64,000 nucleotides of DNA, taken from Trichoplax adhaerens. Its lineage: Eukaryota; Animalia; Placozoa. Positions 56,500-64,000 of this stretch are shown here, in pieces. A program made the translations under genes and the position numbers. Numbering within the stretch: the first letter of the stretch is position 1; every line of letters begins with the position of its first letter. The notes beneath the pieces were generated by a model. That model was given only the letters and a program-made list of their open reading frames with translations. It did no database searches and was not told where the DNA came from. Location: NCBI RefSeq assembly GCF_000150275.1, contig NW_002060946.1, positions 2,375,454 through 2,439,453 on the forward strand, in the 5' to 3' direction.

Positions 56500-58359
56500 C
56501 TCTACTTGTGAGTTAGTAACGACACTGCAAGACGTACTTACAGTACTGTACTATATTATTTTTCCCGTGAAATCAGCACAATATTGTACAAGTGACCGTC
56601 CATCACTTGTTGACTCACCAAGTTTAATTAATTAATTCTAATTGCAATTATCAATTTATTCATTGTTCATTTACTATACTGTACGTGTTTATCTATTCAT
56701 TTATTTATTTATAATATAATTTTTTTTATATTATTCCATCCATTTTCGCTACTTTTTATAGCTGTAGTGGTAATACTGTACTACAGTGGAAGGCCTGGCG
56801 CTTTCACTCTGTGATGTAGTACACTATGGATAGCCAATGGCCGTGATATTGAACTTCATGCTTGAACCGATGGCCGTGGATTGATCTACAGTAACTGTAC
56901 TGTATTAAGAATAAATAACCACAAATAATAATATTTGCATCATCGCAGATGTCATCTCAATTATTAGATTGGATACTTTAAAACAAAATAAAAGCTAACG
57001 AAAATATAGTGCACCATCATTACTCATCAGGAGGAAATTGCACAAACTAAAACAATCCTAGAACAGATAATTATATGCTAGCATATAGGGCTGTATGCTG
57101 TCTGCAGCGTAAGATATTGCATAAATTGATGACAGTATCCCATAGCTAATGTCATCTACCGAATAACGATACTGTCTGAATCAGCCTTCTGAGTTGTGAA
57201 TCTTGTTGTACGGCAGCCAGGCCTGTAGTTACCTGTCCAAGTGCACGAAGACTTTTTTTTCATCTTCTTTTATTGATTTATGATTTTTAATTTCCGCAAA
57301 GAATGGGACTCTTGTTTTGATATTGTACTATGCGGTATACAGTATTTATCAATCGTTTATGCCATCGCCCAAAGGAGCGACAAATTAACAGCAAGTCCAT
57401 TTCTACCGAGCCGTAGTGTGTGGTAAAGAGATTGCGTTTAATATTTCTACGCTTCCACCAAGTATAATCAGTAGTCCATGACCTCAAAGTATATATGTTA
57501 CAATATTCTACTCTATCAGACATGATCCATCGCATCTTCGTGTTATATCAACAGTTACAGGCATGATCGTAATACGTGGCCCTCGTTCTAAAATAATCTT
57601 GGAACATTAACGTCATTTGAGAAGCTTATTAAAACAATAAGTATGATACTATTATAGAATAATTTATCATAAACAAACTAACAGCAAACACGCTCACTCC
57701 ATTTATAGAATCGGTGTATTAAAAACATGAAGTCCGATCTGCATCGAACCATACTAAATTCATCACTAAGTAGGTAAGTATCGAACTGTTCACTGACTGA
57801 ACCAGTCTCGTTTTGCAGTCTTACTAATGTACGAAAGAAGAGCTTTAAAACCGAATTCATTCATTCATTATATTTCCCTTTTCATTTATTTTTTAACCGC
57901 AACGCTAATAGAAATGCATTAGTCATCACAGCATGCATATCGTATGCAATATTTAGGCAGTATCAACTAGTGTACCAAATTATTTTTGTGAACTATTGAG
58001 GCACGAAATTTCGGACCCCCCCCCCCCCAATTTCTGCTACGATGAGTTCTGACTTCCAATGCAGTAATTTCAAGCCATCAGCAATGTAACTAACTTCCAA
58101 TGACTGTAATTGAGCACCAGGATGGGAGCAGGAACTTTTAAGATTTTCTCTTCCAAGTGCTGGTAAGAATTCACTACAGTAGACATCCTACTCAATTTGG
58201 TACTTTCATTCATTACAGTAGCAAATGCATGCAATACTTCATTCATTCATCCATGACAACAGCCTGATCGAGGCGGGTAGACTAAAAATGGCGAGGGATG
58301 AGAAATGGTCGTTCATGTAGTTAAAATGCGAAGGCCGACTAATATTTACTGCTCATGTC

Positions 58360-58838
58360 AATTGTACAGTATCCTATGTTTGCAACGATACTGTCTACTA
58401 TCGATGATTGTCCTCCAACAGGCACAGTGTACAGTACTCACTGTTACAGTACTGTATACTGTAATGATTCCTGTATCAGTACTGTACTGTACAGTACAGT
58501 ATGGTAAGCGAGGCGTACAGTACAGTACAGTACGCGTGGAGAACTTCTTAGTACTGTACAGTACTGTAAGATTTCAGATTTGACATCATGTCTGTACAGT
58601 GTACTGTACTGTACACTTGTACAATATACTGTACAGTAGTGTACTGTACAGTACTCTACGATTTTCACTGTGCCCAAAGAAAAAGAACGAGGACGGGACT
58701 CTCAAACAACCCCTACAGTATAATACAGTACAAACAATTCAGCATAAAATTCGCAACATCAGCTTCAAATCTTTAGATACAGTACAGTACAGTACTATAC
58801 CTACAGTGTACAGTACTGTACTGTACAATCTGTACTGA
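58360..58838. repeat. CAGTA/TACTG low-complexity tract immediately upstream of PPP4R2
   Basis: Same composition as 42311-43095; ends about 220 nt before ATG 59055. Confidence 0.9.
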
Positions 58839-59054
58839 CTTTTGCATAGCCAACTTTCTTTGATTAATCAGAAGTCTCCCCGTCTCGGTTGTCAGTGTAC
58901 AAATAGCGATCCGGCGTTCACTGAAAACACTCTTGTCCTACAAAGGAAATAAAAAGACATCTTACTATCATTATTGGCAATCATTTCGCTGAAATTAACG
59001 GAGAGACTACTAACTACCTATCTATAGTAAAAACTGAAACAGAATAGTTTCATT

Positions 59055-62000
59055 ATGGACAATCTAGAAGAGGTCCTTGAAGCCTTACATTGTAAGTACG
59101 AGTATAGCCTACTGCGTTTGTAGACAGTCAGCTTGATCATGTTGAAACGAAGTAGCAGCAACTATGACGCGCTATTGACAACTTTCTACTTCACTACATC
59201 ATTTCTATCACGATACTACGGTATTGAAGTGATTCTACTAAATTATAAAAATAACTTACCTGATAAACACACTGTCAGAGGCTTCTAACAAGTGCCTGAC
59301 CCTGTATATTCAAGAACAGAGCCAACTTAACTTGATAGACAGCAGATAGTTGCTTGTAAGAGCGAACTAGAGATATCATTGGACAGTAACTCTATACTTG
59401 AAGCGTTTTTAATATTATCCATCCAGTCAAGTACGTAAAATGTGTCAACATGGACTGTATACGCATACACGCCATTAATTCTACCATGATGCACATCATC
59501 ATTCCATCACTCATCTAAACGTTGAACAATAATAGGTTAATACATGATAATGTTATACAGCATTACCATAGTGTAATAACTCAGTTCCTATGCTGTGCTT
59601 TTCCTACTTTAGCAATTCGCTGTTGACTGTACGACATACGAGCATTGGATTGATTGGTTGACCAAATACTCTGCAATATTGAGGATCTTTTTGCTGTACA
59701 GTAGAATGCAGCCATCATTATTTCTCCCCCCTCTTTACATGTAATCAAGTAGTATGGTGATTCTATTTAGTATGGTACAGTATATCAAGCTACTGTATGC
59801 TTTGACGAAATTTCACCTGTTAAAATGAATTGTGCTTGATACACTATTATACGTATGACCGCGTAAAAAATTGTCAATGATCCTCCGTAATAAAAATCAA
59901 TCAATCAATCAAACAACTGTTAATTAAATGATGTTGGTACACGTCCTGTTGTTTCATATTCTTCCTACTACGGTACACGACATACACCAAGTAGACAACT
60001 TTTTGGACTACCATTCTTACTGTAAATAGAAAATACTGCACACCATGCATCTACTGTAGATTCATTGCACTTACTACGACTGGAATAATTCATTAGTAAA
60101 TTTGGTTAGTGAATGTATTGAAAGCATGAATTCACATACTGTACTAGCAAGATCGAAAAAATGGTCAGAGCTTGAAGAATATCCGCTTGAAGAATATCCA
60201 ATACTTCATACGGTACTGCTGTCCGTACGTACAGTACAGTATGATTGATTTCAGGGTACACTGAGTGTACCCTGAAAGAGGTTCGGTCCGAACCGCATAC
60301 GAACCGAATCCGGTACAGTAAAACCCCACGCTGGGCCGAGAGACTGTACTGTATTGTACTGTACACTGTACACTGTACAGTATGTGTTTGTGGGAAGCAA
60401 ACCATCGACTATAGAAAGCTCACAGCGTTCAGACGTAATCACACAGTAACGTCCACAGTCAAGACACCCTAACGCATGCACAGTATGCGCAGATACGCCA
60501 CTACCCTTTTTATATACTATATACAAGCAGAACCACAGCCCTACTGGTCAAGTGGTCAGGCTTTACTCTTGTAGTCAAGAAGACAACCATAAGCTACAAG
60601 ATAATGGACCCAAGTAGTAGTTCGTAAACACCGCTACCACTAGCGCTAGAAACTATCCAATCGCCTTGAATAATGTTCATGACTGTGCTTTATAATCATT
60701 ATAATCTACAGTATACTGTAATCAGTTAACTACTAACTAAGGATCATACAAATTCAATTACTATCACCAGCATAATCAATCTTCCAAGTTACTGGATTAT
60801 CTTAAAAGATAAATCATTTGTAAACATACAAATTGCAATGAATATTGTAGAACTAGGATGGAATTAGTTCCGTACCATCACCAACATAATCAATCTTTAA
60901 ATTACTGGATTATTTTAAGGATAAATCATTTGTAAACGTACAAACAGCAATAAATATTGTAGACCTAGGACGGAATTGGTTCCGTACCGAGATGGTAGTA
61001 TTTTTGACTGATATCATACCAGAAAATGCTACGATATATCCGTATGTGATACAGTCACGATACTGCACTATAGGCAGTTAAGCACCAATATCATCATGTG
61101 ATACACAGAAAATTGAAATTACAGTCTACTTTGTAGCTAGTATTAGAATTGCTCCAGGAGGAAAAAATAAGTAAAGGCAAATTATTCAATAAAGATTAAT
61201 TTCCATTTTTATGAATATCATATTTTTGTAATCAAGTAGCTAAGTGGATAAAATGATTATTATTCATCAGTTAGGTATAGATAGTACATTTTGAAATACG
61301 GTAGTGAATGCAAGTTTTGATAAAACCGTGTTTTAAGACTTAAGCGTAATGTTTGATATACTGTACAGTATTGCGGTATTTCTCCCTATTTCGCATTGGA
61401 ACATTCGACCAGTACAGTAGTACAGTACACTAGTACAGTACTTATATTATATATTGTAATATATTGGTGTATAATATTCTCTTGAATAATCATTAAATTA
61501 CAATAGTTGCGCAGTATCAATCTACACTATAACAAACAGATAGATGCCGTCCTGTTACGTACTTATTTGTGGCATAGTAGACATGAACTAAAAAACTTTT
61601 ACCTACTCAAAGCTAATAAATTATACTGGTACTAACTATTTTATAAATAGATATACTGTATTAAACTATATATTCAATGTATACCATTTCATATCACAGT
61701 GAGTAATTGTACAGTATATCATGGCGGTATTTTAATCTTAAATTGAAATCCTTTCTCATTTTAGCTTTCAGTAAAAATACCCCAATCACAGAGCCTCTCG
61801 AAAAGTTTCTTCAAGCGATCGCAAAGACTGGAGATACTTGGTAAGTAGAACATGATGATATCGAATATTTTCTTTAACTTGCAATAGGCTGAGTTATTTT
61901 ACGCCACTTCCGTCCCCTTTGCGATTGATATGATAACTTATTATTGACCCTAACTTCACTTTCGCTTCTGCTCTGGATGTCTACCTGTAGCTTATATTAT

Positions 62001-64000
62001 GTAAAACGACATTAATTATTAACTTTAATTTTGCACGATATGCTAGGTTACTTGATGAACATATTTTTTGACGACTCTTTCACGACTGTAACTGAATTTG
62101 AATAACTTGTAAAACTACAACTACCATATAAAACACTACACAATTGTATAGCAGTTGATACACAATCAAAACTTAGAATATGATGAACCACCTCTTATTT
62201 ATGTAGTGTCCGTACCAGTTAACGTTTGTTCAACTCTATTTATTTACCTACAATCAAACCAATTTACAAATATTGACTTGAATAGGTCATATATTAACGC
62301 GCTGTTATAGTAGTGATATACGTCTTACACAACCAGAATGGTACACGTACTTTTATCTTTAAATTAAGTAGGTAATTGATGTGATTACTTTTCTTCAATA
62401 GGAAGAATTATGCGTATACGTAGCCCCTATTGTTCTGTAACTTGCTCAAGTACTCTACAGTAGCTTGTTCATCTGCTCTAAGAGGAACTTTGTGTTTAGT
62501 TTATATACTTCTGCTTCGTTGACTGCTCAGTTGTACCAATGTTGCTTAATTAATTCCAATCTTTTGACTTAAACATTAGCATAATAGTCATTTCCAAAGC
62601 ATAACATGATCGTAGATAACGAGTAGGCAGTATATCGTTATAGACACACTCTTGCTGAATCACTTGTATATCGGTATGTCTAGGCCAAAGTTATAATCGA
62701 CAGTCAGCTCTAGCTCTATTGCGATTGAAATATCCTCTAATAAATTTTGATGGCATATTTTATATATATGGCTTCGCTTGGGACTGTAGTTACACCGTCC
62801 TATAAATTTCAAGAACTTATCGTTCATTATTGTAACTTCATAATGACAATCATTTCACAGATCCTTTACTAATTGCCTTTCCTTGTCGTTCTTTCTTTCA
62901 ACTTGTAGCTTCCCTTGGTCAATTATCAAACCACTAATCGTTAAAAAGCTTGATAATGTTATGTGTGACCTGTACCAACAATGCAAATCATCTAACAGCA
63001 TGTCGTTAGAAGCTTTCAATGAAATTCGAGCTCGATTGCTTGACTATCTGGATTCATTCATAGAGTGAGTTTACTTGCCAATGTTTTATATTTCCGTTTG
63101 TTTCTTGCAAATTAAGGATTACTAGACTAGATAACTCTTCTGTTCGGCTATACACTTAAAGTTGTACTACCAAGTAGTACTCTAAGGACGATGAAAAAAA
63201 TACGTGTACATTTCAATTGTTTCACCTTACGTATAGTATAACCCAATGTGTGCCGGTATCATTTATGATATTGTATTTGTATAGCAATGATGATACTAAT
63301 TTGACGATTCAAATCATTGATATGTGACATATGACGACAATTCTTAATTACAGAGCTCCCTTTACAATGCAACGAATCGCAGAATTACTTATTGAACCGT
63401 ACAGGTACTACAGTAATAGTGAGAAGTTTCTAAGAGGCATCGAAAAGGTACGTTGCTTGTAGTCAATAATTGTATGCAACAACATCACTGAATAACTATT
63501 GTGTATTAAAAATTTTACTGAAAGAACGATTCTGTAATCGATCTGGTCATTAATTTTATGTCACATAATAATAAATTCTAATGTAAAGTTGAATATCGAA
63601 TATATGCCATACTTTTAAAATGTTTATTTCGCCCTTGTCAATGAAAACTGAATTATTAAATTTATTATTTCTCTTTCCGTTACAACAGAATATATTGGTA
63701 ATAAGTACCGTTGAACCGAATTACAACAACAAGTTACTGTAAGTATTAGTATGAATTAAATAATATATGCGTAAATGGATATCTGTGCCGCATCCGAGAA
63801 GAAAGTTTTCACAACATTATTGCCTTAACATGCCTATGCACCAACATTACATCGTTTCCTATATGTTGTAGTAATGCACTACCATTAAAAAGATGTAAAT
63901 AGTCTGCATTAGTTATCTTCCAGTATTACAATACATAGAGTACTTCGCACGCTCCTGTTGTTACCACTATAAAATGGCGTTATTGCTATATAATTAATTA
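59055..64000 (+). CDS. PPP4R2: Protein phosphatase 4 regulatory subunit 2, 5' part (continues past window end)
   Basis: Exons at about 59055-59091, 61765-61840, 62909-63064, 63354-63447 and 63689-63738 give [12 protein letters not shown].., [63 protein letters not shown]. Confidence 0.93.
60249..60294. repeat. Two adjacent perfect palindromes in PPP4R2 intron 1
   Basis: tttcagggtacact-g-agtgtaccctgaaa (14 bp arms, 60249-60277) and ggttcgg-t-ccgaacc (7 bp arms, 60280-60294). Confidence 0.9.
60763..60988. repeat. Two-copy ~113 bp tandem duplication in PPP4R2 intron 1
   Basis: atcacca(g/a)cataatcaatctt...ttactggattat...gataaatcatttgtaaac...aatattgtaga(a/c)ctagga(t/c)ggaatt(a/g)gttccgtacc occurs twice. 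Confidence 0.9.

Noticed and set aside
57287-57860. Possible small gene between SSADH-2 and PPP4R2 (two minus-strand ORFs and splice-like sites; a CDGSCLIE peptide faintly like RNase PH)
   Set aside because: I could not build a continuous spliced ORF or recognise a domain, and a stop follows the peptide immediately.
60466-60473. ACCCTAAC as a telomerase RNA template; nearby TTCAGAC as RNase P CR-V
   Set aside because: An 8-mer is expected by chance. No recognisable pseudoknot or H/ACA domain, no proper CR-I, and CR-V is misplaced.

Overview
AT-rich, intron-dense animal genomic DNA; the compact multi-exon style suggests an early-branching metazoan, possibly a placozoan (inference only). No prokaryotic features, tRNA/rRNA, CRISPR array or transposase were found, and most ORF-track entries are single exons read into introns or spurious. 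Splicing by hand gives nine genes: PQBP1-like (partial, -), EPHX3/4-like epoxide hydrolase (+), exportin-T (-, about 38 exons, one GC-AG intron), two tandem Rab GDI paralogues (-), NAA10 (+), two tandem SSADH/ALDH5A1 paralogues (-) and PPP4R2 (partial, +). The most notable structures are: (1) a ~4 kb tandem duplication that gives the divergent GDI paralogue two intact TATA + first-exon units encoding the same peptide; (2) asymmetric divergence of that GDI at conserved Rab-binding motifs; (3) self-complementary CAGTA/TACTG tracts concentrated directly upstream of several genes, plus an orphan tract with perfect palindromes inside PPP4R2 intron 1; (4) minisatellite arrays upstream of PQBP1 and XPOT. 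None of these is demonstrated to be a new biological system.
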